Below are positions 6,757 to 16,538 of a DNA stretch of 47,274 nucleotides, in pieces. Origin of the DNA: Minisyncoccota bacterium (GTDB taxonomy: Bacteria; Patescibacteriota; Minisyncoccia; UBA6257; 2-01-FULL-56-20); NCBI GenBank assembly GCA_035541415.1, contig DATKNI010000036.1, forward strand, positions 1-47,274. The letters run 5' to 3'. Under the pieces are notes generated by a model, which saw only the letters and a program-made list of their open reading frames with translations, did not search any database and was not told where the DNA came from. Position 1 is the stretch's first letter; each line of letters begins with the position of its first letter. The position numbers and the translations under genes were made by a program.

Positions 6757-8946
6757 TTAGTATAGCAGTATTGGCTTTGCTCCAATCGTCACGGTGCCGC
6801 CGCTCACCGTGCAGGCGCTCCCGTCAACCGTCGAGCAGTTCTTGAACCCGTCGGCAGAAACGGTTGCCGGCGTGTCCGCGGAGTTCCATTTAATTTCTTC
6901 CGATACGCCTGCGGACGATGTGAGTGAGCACGTGTAATACGAACCGGATACCGGGCACGGATTTGATTTGGCAAACGACGATCCGACGAGCCATGATTCC
7001 ACGGTGCCATAGGCTTGGCCGGATTCGAGCTCGATGTTTGGATGCTCATTTAGCGAGCCGAATGAGTCGCCTTGATTTCCCCACTGGTACCAATAGTAGC
7101 GGGTAACCCCGTTTGCGGCGACGAGAATATACGACCGCGAGACGAAAGCTGCCATGTTATCCAAACACGTTTGCGAAAATGGCGGGACGTCGCTCGCGGG
7201 GCAGCCCGTGATGATGCTGTTCCGGCCCCAGCTCGATTCCGTGTCGATAAGCGGCAAGGATCCAGCGCCGCTCTGCTGCATTGCGGCGAACATCTTGGAG
7301 ATGAGCGAGACAATGCCTTCTGGATCGGGACTGCCGAGATAGGTATGGAACGTGACGCCGTCCGCAACTGAAGCGCCGGAGATCGTCGAGCCGTTCACAA
7401 CGATAGTTGTCGTGAGATAATATTTCATGCCGTCCTGCGGATTCGTGGTTGTGTAGATATTTTTGGTAAGGAGCGCATTCTTGCAGTTGCAGGTATCCGG
7501 CGTGAGAACGACGGCGCTCGGATCGAACTGCTTGATGATCGTGCGCGCGTCATACGCCATGCGCACGAGCTGCTCAGCCGTGCTGACCCAGAACTGCTTG
7601 TTATTTACTTCGTTCCAAACCTCAAAATATTTGATGTGCTCGCCGGTCTGATTGAGGTGCTGCATGAGCGCCGTCACAAAATCCTTAAAATGCTGGTCGG
7701 TCCCCGTGCCGTCTGCCGCAACGTCGCTTGGCGCATCGCATTCGCCGCCGGTTTTGACCGGCGCCGGCGTCGGTTCGGCGCACGAGGTATCACCCGGGTT
7801 CGAACTCGCCCAGTTTGGATCGCCGCCGAAGGTATAAAGCACGGTCTGCCCGTTCGCCGCGGCTTGATTCACCAATCCGTCGAACGTTGCCCATTTATAG
7901 GTGCCTTCAGAAGGTTCAATCTGATCCCACCGCGTGGCCGTATCCCACATCCGCAGCGAACCAAACGGAACCGGCACCGGTTGCGCGGTCGGCGGCCACG
8001 GCGTCGCCATGTCGTGCACGTTCAGGCTGAAGAAGTCGGCTTGGATTCCTGGACCGCTACTCGCGCTCTTCACCGTGAGTACGAGCGTCTTTGAATCCAT
8101 CCCTGCGGAATTCGTCGCGCTGATCGTTATATTCGATGTCTGGGCTGCCGAAGGCGTCCCCGAAATAGTGGCGGTATTGGCATCGAACGAGAGTCCTGCC
8201 GGCAAACCTTGCGCCGCATAGGTGCAACCCGACGAGCAATTGGTCGCCGTGATGGTGTAGGTGAACGGACTTCCCACCACGCCCGATGCCGTGAGCGCGC
8301 TCGTGATGGCCGGCGGCTGGACGGAGGTCACGCCGCATACCGCGATGCATGATGAAAGCGTGGAGAACGATCCGCCGGACCCGGCAGCCGAACAGCTGTT
8401 ATTTACGCAGTTATACGTCTGCGGAGGAGGCGGGCCAGAACCGCCGCTCGCGCCGTGATACAAAAATTCGATGCAATAATATGGCTCATCGCACGAGGAA
8501 AGCCCTTGCGCGTTGTAGTTCAGAAAATCCGATGGCGGCACATAATTTTTGAAAACATCCGTGCTCGAACTCTCAAGTTTTGCGGCGATCAAATATGATG
8601 TGCCGCTCGCGTTCACGCCGTAATAATACGTTGCGCCGGAATTTGCAAATGGATCGTTCGGCACCGAATTGACATTGATGGCCCGCGATCCCGTGAGCGC
8701 GGCAGTGAGTGCGCTCCAGGTATACGCGCCGCTCGGCCCGCCAGCGCAATTTGCCTGGCCGGGATAGAATCCGCATAGCGCGAAATACACTTCGAGGTCG
8801 GTTGAAACCTGGGTCAGATCCGTAACGCGCCGCTCGTCGCGCGAACCTGTTTGCGGCTTTGAGAGGCCGACGAGGACAATGCCCGAAAGCACCGCAATGA
8901 TGGCGACGACCACAAGAATCTCAACGAGAGAAAATCCTCTTTTCAC
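6757..8946 (-). CDS. Type IV pilin/pseudopilin fused to an Ig-like domain and a clan GH-A (GH39/GH5-like) glycoside hydrolase
   Basis: GTG start; KRGF|SLVEILVVVAIIAVL prepilin motif; VPNDP; GLPAGLSFD..TATISGTP Ig repeat; RMWDT..RWDQIEP, FEVWNE (E at 7609-7611), DTESSWG (E at 7237-7239). Confidence 0.85.
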   Translation of the reverse strand: MKRGFSLVEILVVVAIIAVLSGIVLVGLSKPQTGSRDERRVTDLTQVSTDLEVYFALCGFYPGQANCAGGPSGAYTWSALTAALTGSRAINVNSVPNDPFANSGATYYYGVNASGTSYLIAAKLESSSTDVFKNYVPPSDFLNYNAQGLSSCDEPYYCIEFLYHGASGGSGPPPPQTYNCVNNSCSAAGSGGSFSTLSSCIAVCGVTSVQPPAITSALTASGVVGSPFTYTITATNCSSGCTYAAQGLPAGLSFDANTATISGTPSAAQTSNITISATNSAGMDSKTLVLTVKSASSGPGIQADFFSLNVHDMATPWPPTAQPVPVPFGSLRMWDTATRWDQIEPSEGTYKWATFDGLVNQAAANGQTVLYTFGGDPNWASSNPGDTSCAEPTPAPVKTGGECDAPSDVAADGTGTDQHFKDFVTALMQHLNQTGEHIKYFEVWNEVNNKQFWVSTAEQLVRMAYDARTIIKQFDPSAVVLTPDTCNCKNALLTKNIYTTTNPQDGMKYYLTTTIVVNGSTISGASVADGVTFHTYLGSPDPEGIVSLISKMFAAMQQSGAGSLPLIDTESSWGRNSIITGCPASDVPPFSQTCLDNMAAFVSRSYILVAANGVTRYYWYQWGNQGDSFGSLNEHPNIELESGQAYGTVESWLVGSSFAKSNPCPVSGSYYTCSLTSSAGVSEEIKWNSADTPATVSADGFKNCSTVDGSACTVSGGTVTIGAKPILLY

Positions 8947-10055
8947 TGTTTTATTGTACTATGCCCCGACGCGCGGAACCAGGGAGTAAACGGCGATGCG
9001 GCATAGAACTGCATCATGAGCGAAGCGACCTTCGGCACGCCGTTCGCGATATTCGGATGCGTATAGTCGGCGGTGTTGTAATCAGAAGGAATCCACGCGA
9101 GGCCGTCGCTCCGGGGCGAATTCCCGTCGGCCCAGAAATAGGGACCCCATGCGATCCACGGCGCAACGGCATAACTCAAATCCCCTGCAACGGGATCAAT
9201 CGGAGCTCCGGCAATCTGATCAATCTGTGCGGCGACGAGCCACTTGTTTGCAAATCCATATTCATAGGCAAACGGTTCGGGATTCAAATTTGTGGTTGCG
9301 TAGCCGGCGTAGATGCGGGTGTGTACGAACATCTGCTTCACATTAGGGAACTGCATCTTTGCAAAACGCGCAATGTTCCCCACCTCGCGCTCATAGATGC
9401 AGGCGTCGATCGCCGAATTGGCCGTGCATTGCGTGCTCGACGCCAGGGAATATTTCGGTTGCGGATCGGCGTCTTTAAAGAGAATCACCTGCACCTGTTT
9501 CGCCGATAAACCTTCGGACGACAGGATCTGCACGCACGCGGCATAGTTGCCCTTGCTGTCATCAAGCCATTTTGCCGCGACTTGCGAGCCTTGCGCGCAA
9601 TCAACGATCACGAGATTTGTATGGTTTACGGTTGGGTCGTGCTCAGTCTGGTAGATAAAACTTCCCGGATTGCAATCCTGATTCGTCCGCGGAAGCATAT
9701 TACAAAGCTCAATCGTCCAATTTGACATCCCGATGCCCACCACGACGATTTTCCCCGCGGGCGACGGATTGCCATTCACGTCAAGCGGCTGGATTTCGCT
9801 TGCAAACCGCATCCCATCCGCAGCATGAGCCGCCGGCATGGTGTTCGTGCCGTCGTACAAAAATCCGTCGAAAGCGCCCAAATATTTCTCGCCCGGAGCA
9901 AAATCGGTGAGCGGCACGAGATTGGGAATGCTCGAACTGCTCGCGAGGAGCGTCGCCGGATGCACGCCGGCCGTCCGCGCATAGTGCCGCACCGCGACAA
10001 ATGCCGCAATGCCCAGGATCACGACTCCCGCCGCGATGAGAATATATTTTTTCAT
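8943..10055 (-). CDS. Membrane-anchored SGNH/GDSL-fold hydrolase (carbohydrate esterase-like)
   Basis: N-terminal TM helix; GMSN block I (Ser at 9723-9725); C-terminal DYTHP (DxxH); stop overlaps the pilin start (GTGA). Confidence 0.65.
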   Translation of the reverse strand: MKKYILIAAGVVILGIAAFVAVRHYARTAGVHPATLLASSSSIPNLVPLTDFAPGEKYLGAFDGFLYDGTNTMPAAHAADGMRFASEIQPLDVNGNPSPAGKIVVVGIGMSNWTIELCNMLPRTNQDCNPGSFIYQTEHDPTVNHTNLVIVDCAQGSQVAAKWLDDSKGNYAACVQILSSEGLSAKQVQVILFKDADPQPKYSLASSTQCTANSAIDACIYEREVGNIARFAKMQFPNVKQMFVHTRIYAGYATTNLNPEPFAYEYGFANKWLVAAQIDQIAGAPIDPVAGDLSYAVAPWIAWGPYFWADGNSPRSDGLAWIPSDYNTADYTHPNIANGVPKVASLMMQFYAASPFTPWFRASGHSTIKQ

Positions 10056-10139
10056 GGAAACGCCAACTATACCTTTAACTATACCAAACGAGCGCCGCTC
10101 GCCTCGCCTTCAAACATCATTTTCTGCTATCATCTTTCC

Positions 10140-11183
10140 ATGGAATTTTCTTATGCCTACCACCTTCCCGAGGAATATATCGCCAAGCGACCGGCGACGC
10201 CACGCGATTCGTCAAAGCTTTTTGTTTTTGATACGGCGCGCGACGAAATTACGCTCGATCGGTTCTCAAATCTTGGCGAATACATTCCTCCCCATTCGCT
10301 TCTTGTTTTGAATAACACGAAGGTCGTTCCGGCGCGCACGATCCTCAAAAAAGAAACGGGCGGCAAGGTGGAAGTCCTCTTTTTGGTGAACGAGTGGCGC
10401 AACGGCGGCGCGATTCCGGCCATCGTCGATCGCAAGATTACGGTTGGCGCAACGGTATCGCTCACCACCAATAAAACATTTACGGTGACGAAACAGAACG
10501 AAAATATTTTTTATTTGAAGCCCAACTTCCCTGCCGCGCAGCTCTTTGCCGCACTCCGGAAAAGAGGCGCCATGCCAATCCCGAAATACATAAAAGATTC
10601 GCGGATGAGCGAAGCGGACCTCCGCAGGCGGTATCAGAGCGTGTTCGCAAGCGCATCGGCCTCGGTTGCGGCGCCGACGGCGTCGCTCCACCTCACGGAT
10701 CGGCTCCTCGCAAAGCTTGCACAGCGCGGCGTGCGGCAAACGTTCATCACCCTCGACGTTGGTCTCGGCACCTTCGCTCCCGTGAAAGATGAAAATATTA
10801 TGAAAAATAAATTGCATGAGGAATTTTTGAATATCCCTCGCAACGCCGCGGCGCTCATTCGAAGCTGCAAAAAAGACCACAACCCCATCGTCGCCGTCGG
10901 GACGACCGTCGTTCGCGCGCTCGAGTCGCAAGCTTCAGCCATCATGAAGGCGCGCGGACCAATCTCGGGCACAACGGACATTTTCATCCATCCTCCCTAT
11001 CGATTCGCAATCGTTGACGCGATGATCACCAACTTCCACCTGCCCGAATCCTCGCTCATGATGCTCGTCCAGGCATTCATTGCCCAGAAGGGATCCTCAA
11101 AGAGATTGACGGAGCTGTACGAATTTGCCATGAAACATGTGTTTCGCTTTTATTCATTCGGCGATGCCATGCTCATAACCTAG
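10140..11183 (+). CDS. queA: S-adenosylmethionine:tRNA ribosyltransferase-isomerase
   Basis: YHLPEEYIA..P..PRDSSKL, NNTKVVPAR, AAPTA, GTTVVRALES, TNFHLPESSL, FYSFGDAM; start moved to ATG 10140. Confidence 0.95.
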   Translation: MEFSYAYHLPEEYIAKRPATPRDSSKLFVFDTARDEITLDRFSNLGEYIPPHSLLVLNNTKVVPARTILKKETGGKVEVLFLVNEWRNGGAIPAIVDRKITVGATVSLTTNKTFTVTKQNENIFYLKPNFPAAQLFAALRKRGAMPIPKYIKDSRMSEADLRRRYQSVFASASASVAAPTASLHLTDRLLAKLAQRGVRQTFITLDVGLGTFAPVKDENIMKNKLHEEFLNIPRNAAALIRSCKKDHNPIVAVGTTVVRALESQASAIMKARGPISGTTDIFIHPPYRFAIVDAMITNFHLPESSLMMLVQAFIAQKGSSKRLTELYEFAMKHVFRFYSFGDAMLIT

Positions 11184-11273
11184 CAAATCTCGACGCAAGA
11201 AGCCGACCCGGCCCATGTGGATAAGGATCTCTAATAGCATGAAAAGCTGATATAATAAGGGAAAGATCCTCCC

Positions 11274-11651
11274 ATGTGGAAATACCTCGCAATCATCCTT
11301 ATCGCTCTTGTTCTCGTCGTGGCGATTTTTAAGTTTTCGCTTATCACGAACGACTCGCAAAGCTATTGCGCCTTTGGGCCGTTTGCGAAACATTGCCACG
11401 AGAATGTTTCATATGACGATCTGTACCAAACTTTGCGGGGCATTACGCGCGCCGTGACGCCGAATATCGCGGTCATGGCCTTTCTTTTTGTAGCCATTAC
11501 ACTTTTTGGAACAGTGAAGCAAGCTGCCACGTCTCCGCTTGTCGTCCGATTCGTCGTCCGGCAAGCGCCGCTTAATCTTGCGTCCGCAAAGAAAGATATT
11601 TCCCGCTGGATAGAGCTCCACGAAGGAGGAAGTCCGTCCAACCGCCGCTAG
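11274..11651 (+). CDS. Hypothetical membrane protein (2 TM)
   Basis: 125 aa with two hydrophobic segments; TGA-TATAAT at 11248-11256 upstream. Confidence 0.65.
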   Translation: MWKYLAIILIALVLVVAIFKFSLITNDSQSYCAFGPFAKHCHENVSYDDLYQTLRGITRAVTPNIAVMAFLFVAITLFGTVKQAATSPLVVRFVVRQAPLNLASAKKDISRWIELHEGGSPSNRR

Positions 11652-11736
11652 GTTGCGCTGAACCGTTTTGCGGTTCTTTTGCGCAACCGATATCGGCGGT
11701 TTTTGTTATTTCCTGAAAATTTGTTTGAGCAACGCC

Positions 11737-14070
11737 ATGAAGCAACACCTCGGACAGAATCAAATCAAAACGATTCCAAAAATCAGAAGGGATAAATTTA
11801 TTATCTTTTGTATTGTCGCGTATGCGATGTACCTTGGCTTTGCGTTCGTGTTCAATGCTCACGCCGACCCGCCGTCCAGTCCATTTGCTCCGGGAGCGAC
11901 GCTCGATCCCGGTTGTTCGCCGACCAGCACGAACTGCACGGTTAACCCGCCGCTGTTTAGCTCGACGACACTTCCCATCGGTGGGCTTCTTTTTGTAAAC
12001 GACGCGAGCGGCACGATTACGGCAAACACATCGAGCCTTTACTGGAACAGCGCATCATCAACGCTCCTCGTGAACGGGACACTTTTGACCTCCGGCATCG
12101 CGCTTTCTTCTCTCACCTCTTCCATTCTGGTGACGGACGGCAATGGCAACGTGGGCGCGTTAAGCATCGGATCCGGACTCTCGCTTTCTTCCGGAACGCT
12201 TACCGCAACGGGAGGCGGCGGCGGAAGCGGGCCGCTCGCCATCACGACATCAAGCATCAGTCTCGTCGACGAACTCGATTCCACGACCACCCAAATCACC
12301 ATAAAGAACACGACCGCGACCGGAACGCTCTATTCGTACACCCTGCCGGGAAACACGCTGGGGACAAATGGGGATTTCATCCGCATCAATATGTTCGGGT
12401 ATATTTTTAATAATTCCGGATCAAATCGAACCGTGACGCTTCGATTGTTCTATGGAGGCAAACAGTTCTTTGCCGTGCCGTCGGGGAACATCGCGGCAAA
12501 CGCCGCGACCTCCGGCTGGTCGGCGACCTTCTATATCGCAAATACGTCGTCATCCCAAGCCCAGGTCGGCGAATTCAACGCCCAAGCAAGCCCGGGAAGC
12601 GGGACGGTGAGCGTCACCTGGGGCGGAGGCGGCATTTCATCAGTTGATTCAACCGTCGACCAAAATGTGCAGGTCCAGGCAAGTTTAAGCACCGCGTCGA
12701 CGACCGTGTGGCTGGCTGTGACGAGCGTAAAAACAGAACTGGTCACGGGCAACCAAGTCATCGTCACGAACGTGACTGGGACCGTGAGCGCGGTGACTGC
12801 CACAGGAACTGATTTTTATGTGCCGTATTTCACCGACACAACAACGCTTTCGGAAACGTCATCGATTTTTTATGCGAGCTCCACGGGATTCATCGGCATC
12901 GGCACCACGACGCCGTCGCAGATGCTTACCGTGAACGGCAAAATCAAAGCCGTCGGCGGATTCAACGGCCAATGTCTTTCGAGCGGCGGATTCAACGCCA
13001 CATCTTCCGGTTCATGCAATATGGACGTCGCCGAAGTCTATCCAACATTCGAACCGACTGAGCCAGGCGACGTCGTAGCCATCCCGCCCTACGCGACCGG
13101 AACCGATATCGTTGCCATCGGCCGTTCGCACGGCACCGCGAATGAGACCGTCATCGGCGTCGTGTCAACAAATCCCGGTCTCGTCTTTAATAATGGAGAA
13201 ACTTCAATCGCCGGCGAGAACGACGACCTCACCACGTCGACGCAAGCGGCCATCGCCCTGGTGGGCCGGGTGCCGGTAAAAATATCTTTGGAGAACGGGC
13301 CGATCGCTCCGGGCGATTCGCTTGCCGCATCCACGGATCTTCCCGGCGTTGCCGTAAAAGCGATCGGTCCCGGCCGCGTGATCGGCGAGGCGCTCCAGGC
13401 GTTTGACGAAGCGGATGCACATTCGAGCAATGCGAGCGGGACGCCCCAGATTTTAGTCTTCATTAATCCGCACTGGGATCCAGGAACTCCATCCTCTTCA
13501 TTTTCCATCAATGCCTCGCTTTCACAATTCGTCCAGACTCTCCAAAGCGCCTTGGAGAATTTGGGCATCACCATCAATAACGGCATCGTCACAATAAAAA
13601 ACCTCGTCGTTGAAAAACTTACTGCCGGCGAAGTGGACGCAGACAAAATCTGCCTGAGCGGCACGTGCGTCACCCAAGGCGAGTTGAGTGCGATGTTGGA
13701 AAACCATGTTGCAACCTCTTCCCCAGACACCGCCCCGGCGGCGGCTCCACCGGAAGATTCGACCACAACGATCAGCGCACCAGTCGCATCATCATCAATT
13801 CCGACGTCCACACCCGTATCTGATCTAACTCCGATCGAGACAACCTCGACAACCTCGACCGCCTCAACGACTCCCGCATCTGCTCCCGATCCTGATCTTT
13901 CAACGTCTCTCCCTCCACCTCCACCGCCGTCACCTCCGCCACCACCGCAGCAGCAACAACCTCCTCCGCCTTCTGAGACTTCGCCGTCTTCTTCTCCTTC
14001 TACGCCTCCGCCGCCGCCTCCGTCTTCTCCTTCTCCCTCTCCAAGCGACGCATCGTCAACAACAAATTAA
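11737..14070 (+). CDS. Exported tail-fibre-like protein with a putative intramolecular-chaperone (peptidase G2/S74-like) domain and a Pro-rich tail
   Basis: Signal/TM segment (..FNAHA-DP); GIGTTTP motif; DVAEVY..EPGDVV..VIGVVSTNPG..ALVGRVPVK..GPIAPGD; start uncertain (11737 chosen). Confidence 0.75.
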   Translation: MKQHLGQNQIKTIPKIRRDKFIIFCIVAYAMYLGFAFVFNAHADPPSSPFAPGATLDPGCSPTSTNCTVNPPLFSSTTLPIGGLLFVNDASGTITANTSSLYWNSASSTLLVNGTLLTSGIALSSLTSSILVTDGNGNVGALSIGSGLSLSSGTLTATGGGGGSGPLAITTSSISLVDELDSTTTQITIKNTTATGTLYSYTLPGNTLGTNGDFIRINMFGYIFNNSGSNRTVTLRLFYGGKQFFAVPSGNIAANAATSGWSATFYIANTSSSQAQVGEFNAQASPGSGTVSVTWGGGGISSVDSTVDQNVQVQASLSTASTTVWLAVTSVKTELVTGNQVIVTNVTGTVSAVTATGTDFYVPYFTDTTTLSETSSIFYASSTGFIGIGTTTPSQMLTVNGKIKAVGGFNGQCLSSGGFNATSSGSCNMDVAEVYPTFEPTEPGDVVAIPPYATGTDIVAIGRSHGTANETVIGVVSTNPGLVFNNGETSIAGENDDLTTSTQAAIALVGRVPVKISLENGPIAPGDSLAASTDLPGVAVKAIGPGRVIGEALQAFDEADAHSSNASGTPQILVFINPHWDPGTPSSSFSINASLSQFVQTLQSALENLGITINNGIVTIKNLVVEKLTAGEVDADKICLSGTCVTQGELSAMLENHVATSSPDTAPAAAPPEDSTTTISAPVASSSIPTSTPVSDLTPIETTSTTSTASTTPASAPDPDLSTSLPPPPPPSPPPPPQQQQPPPPSETSPSSSPSTPPPPPPSSPSPSPSDASSTTN
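13905..14045 (+). repeat. Low-complexity Pro/Ser/Gln-coding repeats
   Basis: CCT/CCA/CCG/TCT runs encoding PPPPPPSPPPPPQQQQPPPP. Confidence 0.85.
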
Positions 14071-14199
14071 TTGCGGCGCGTCATCCGGCAAACTTGCTAA
14101 ATTGCTCGTTATTGAGAAGAATGAAACTAGTAAGCTTTGCAATTACATTCGTACCTCTCCTTCACGTCTTCACATCATTCCATCAGAAAGGATGGCTGC

Positions 14200-14961
14200 A
14201 TGCAGATTTGGACCGAAGAAGCGATTGACGCATACAATACGGAACTCGCCTGCTGCAGCCCTCGCGAACGAATCGCTTGGGTCCTCGACAGGTACAAGAA
14301 GCGGGTCTTGATCAACTGCGGGATCGGCGTCGGAAGCGTTGTCCTCATGAAGCTCATCGCCGACGCGGCCGCCAACATCAAGGTCGTTCCCGATATCGTC
14401 ACCATTGATACCGGGATCCGGCTCGCGGGAACGCGGCGGCTCATCAAGAGCCTCCGGCACAAGTTCCGGCTTCCGATACAAGCCCTGCGGCCGTCTGCGG
14501 AGGATCTCGCGACCGTGAGACACCTTCCCAACCTCGCCATCTTCACCGGGCCTCAGGGCCTGGAAGAGCGGCTGCGGTGCTGCAACGTGCGGAAAGAAGC
14601 CCCGCTTCGGCGGAAGCTCAAACAGTATGACGCCTGGATGAACAGCCTCGTGCCCGACGGCGCAACCACCGACCGAACCACCGTTCCATTTGTCCAGATC
14701 GACGAAAAGCATGGCGGCATCCTTAAATTCAATCCGCTTGCCGACCACACCAAACAGGACTTCTGGGACTTCATCCGAAGCCATCGCCTTCCCTACCACC
14801 CGGCATTCGACCTGGGATTCGGCAGCGTCGGTTGCGGCGGATGCTGTACGAGTTCCGGCGAGGACCGCAATGGCCGATGGCCGTGGGAGAAAAATCGCAG
14901 CGGCGCAACGTGCTTTATTAATGACGTGCAGAAGAAGCCAATGGATACCGACAGCGCATGA
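14200..14961 (+). CDS. Divergent PAPS/APS reductase family (CysH-like) protein
   Basis: SD AAAGGA at 14186-14191; IDTG, RCCNVRKEAPL, KFNPLA, SVGCGGC, RNGRW motifs. Confidence 0.8.
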   Translation: MQIWTEEAIDAYNTELACCSPRERIAWVLDRYKKRVLINCGIGVGSVVLMKLIADAAANIKVVPDIVTIDTGIRLAGTRRLIKSLRHKFRLPIQALRPSAEDLATVRHLPNLAIFTGPQGLEERLRCCNVRKEAPLRRKLKQYDAWMNSLVPDGATTDRTTVPFVQIDEKHGGILKFNPLADHTKQDFWDFIRSHRLPYHPAFDLGFGSVGCGGCCTSSGEDRNGRWPWEKNRSGATCFINDVQKKPMDTDSA

Positions 14962-14996
14962 TGAATTGCATGCGCTGTTTTTTTTATGAAATGGCG

Positions 14997-16538
14997 TTAC
15001 ACGAGCGGCTCAGAGCTCGCCACCCAGCGGGCAAGCATATCGCCCGACATGGGCCGGGCAACGCGGAATCCCTGGACGCCGCTGCAGCCGAGTTCGCGAA
15101 GCAGGTTTAATTGCTCCTTTGTTTCCACGCCTTCTCCCACAACCTTGAGGTTGAGGTTCTGTCCGAGCGCGACGATCGTCTGAATGATGGCGCGGTCTTC
15201 TTTGCTCTTCAAACTGCGCCGCACAAATGATTGGTCGATTTTCAATTTATCCACGGAAAGATCTTTCAAATATCCGAGCGACGAATATCCCATGCCGAAA
15301 TCGTCGATGGCAATCGTAATGCCAAGCTTGTGGAACGCCTTGAACCGGTCTTTCGCAAGGTCGATGTTTTCCATCGCAAGGCTTTCCACAATTTCAAATT
15401 CAAGCAGGGTCGGCGAAATTTCAAACTCATCGAGCATGCTGCGGAGCTTTTCCATAAAAGTGCGGTCGGTGAATTCCCGGGTTGAAAGGTTGACGGCGAC
15501 GCGGATGCGCGAAACGCCCTGCCTCTGCCAGGTCCTCTGGCTCTGCAGGACGCCCCGCAGGGTGCTTTCGCCAAGCATGCGCATGATGCCGTGATCGTAC
15601 GCGAGCGGTATGAAGTCGTGCGCTTCGATGAGTCCCTGCTCCGGATGCCGCCAACGGAGCAGGGCTTCGGCATTCATGATGCGGTTCGTCGAAAAATCAA
15701 CAACCGGCTGGTAATAAATTTCCATCTGCTCCGAAGCGACCGCGTGCCGCAGCTCCTGCACCACCTGCATGCGCGACGACGCTTCGCGATTCATCATCGC
15801 CCGATAGAAACGAAAGTGATTGCGGCCCGCATGCTTGGCTTGGAGGAGCGCGACATCGGAATTCGCGACGAGCGTCGAGAGCTCGCGGCCATCGCGCGGG
15901 AACATGGCAACGCCCATGCTGGTCGAAAGGAAAAGGGTTTTTGATTCGATCGACATCGGAGATTCAAGAGCGGTCACGACGCGCTTCAAAATATTCGAAA
16001 CATCGGTTTGCGATTTCACCTTATGAAGGACGACGAGAAATTCGTCGCCTCCGAGGCGCGCAAAAAGGCTTCCCGGCGGGAGCACTTCGTCAACGCGCCC
16101 GGCAAACTCCTTGAGCAGCATGTCGCCGACCTGATGGCCGTAGACGTCGTTGATCTGCTTGAAGCGATCGAGGTCGAAATAAACAACCGCCATTTTCTGA
16201 TCGTCCCGGAATGCATTTTGGAAAACTTCGGCGAGCCGCTCCTCAAGCAATTTTCGGTTCGGCAATCCGGTCAGCGGATCATGAAGCGCCTGATGCCGGA
16301 TGCGCTCCTCGATGATCTTGCGGTCGGCGATTTCGTTCTCCAATTCGCCGATCCGCTCGCGGATGACCTCGATCATCACCTGGATGCCGGTTGCGAGTTC
16401 GGCAAATTCCTCGTTGTCCTCAGGAATGGCAACGTCCTCGGAATACTCGCCGATGGAGGCCTTCGCGAAAATAGTGCGGAACGAATCGAGGCGTTCTTTT
16501 ACGTACTTCTTATAGGAGTCGAGTGATTCTATTGCCAT
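14997..16538 (-). CDS. Cytoplasmic HAMP-GGDEF-EAL diguanylate cyclase/phosphodiesterase
   Basis: HDPLTGLPNR, DLDRFKQINDVYGH..GD, RLGGDEF; EALLRW, VNLS, DDFGMGYSSL, LKIDQSF, EGVE; HAMP-like N-terminus without a TM helix. Confidence 0.95.
   Translation of the reverse strand: MAIESLDSYKKYVKERLDSFRTIFAKASIGEYSEDVAIPEDNEEFAELATGIQVMIEVIRERIGELENEIADRKIIEERIRHQALHDPLTGLPNRKLLEERLAEVFQNAFRDDQKMAVVYFDLDRFKQINDVYGHQVGDMLLKEFAGRVDEVLPPGSLFARLGGDEFLVVLHKVKSQTDVSNILKRVVTALESPMSIESKTLFLSTSMGVAMFPRDGRELSTLVANSDVALLQAKHAGRNHFRFYRAMMNREASSRMQVVQELRHAVASEQMEIYYQPVVDFSTNRIMNAEALLRWRHPEQGLIEAHDFIPLAYDHGIMRMLGESTLRGVLQSQRTWQRQGVSRIRVAVNLSTREFTDRTFMEKLRSMLDEFEISPTLLEFEIVESLAMENIDLAKDRFKAFHKLGITIAIDDFGMGYSSLGYLKDLSVDKLKIDQSFVRRSLKSKEDRAIIQTIVALGQNLNLKVVGEGVETKEQLNLLRELGCSGVQGFRVARPMSGDMLARWVASSEPLV

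Noticed and set aside
9825-10139. 105-aa N-terminal extension of QueA
   Set aside because: Overlaps the opposite-strand esterase; homology starts at 10140 behind TGCTATCAT.
13905-14045. Repeat arrays here and at 38734-38921 as possible CRISPR or contingency loci
   Set aside because: In-frame low-complexity linkers with no repeat-spacer structure and no cas genes.
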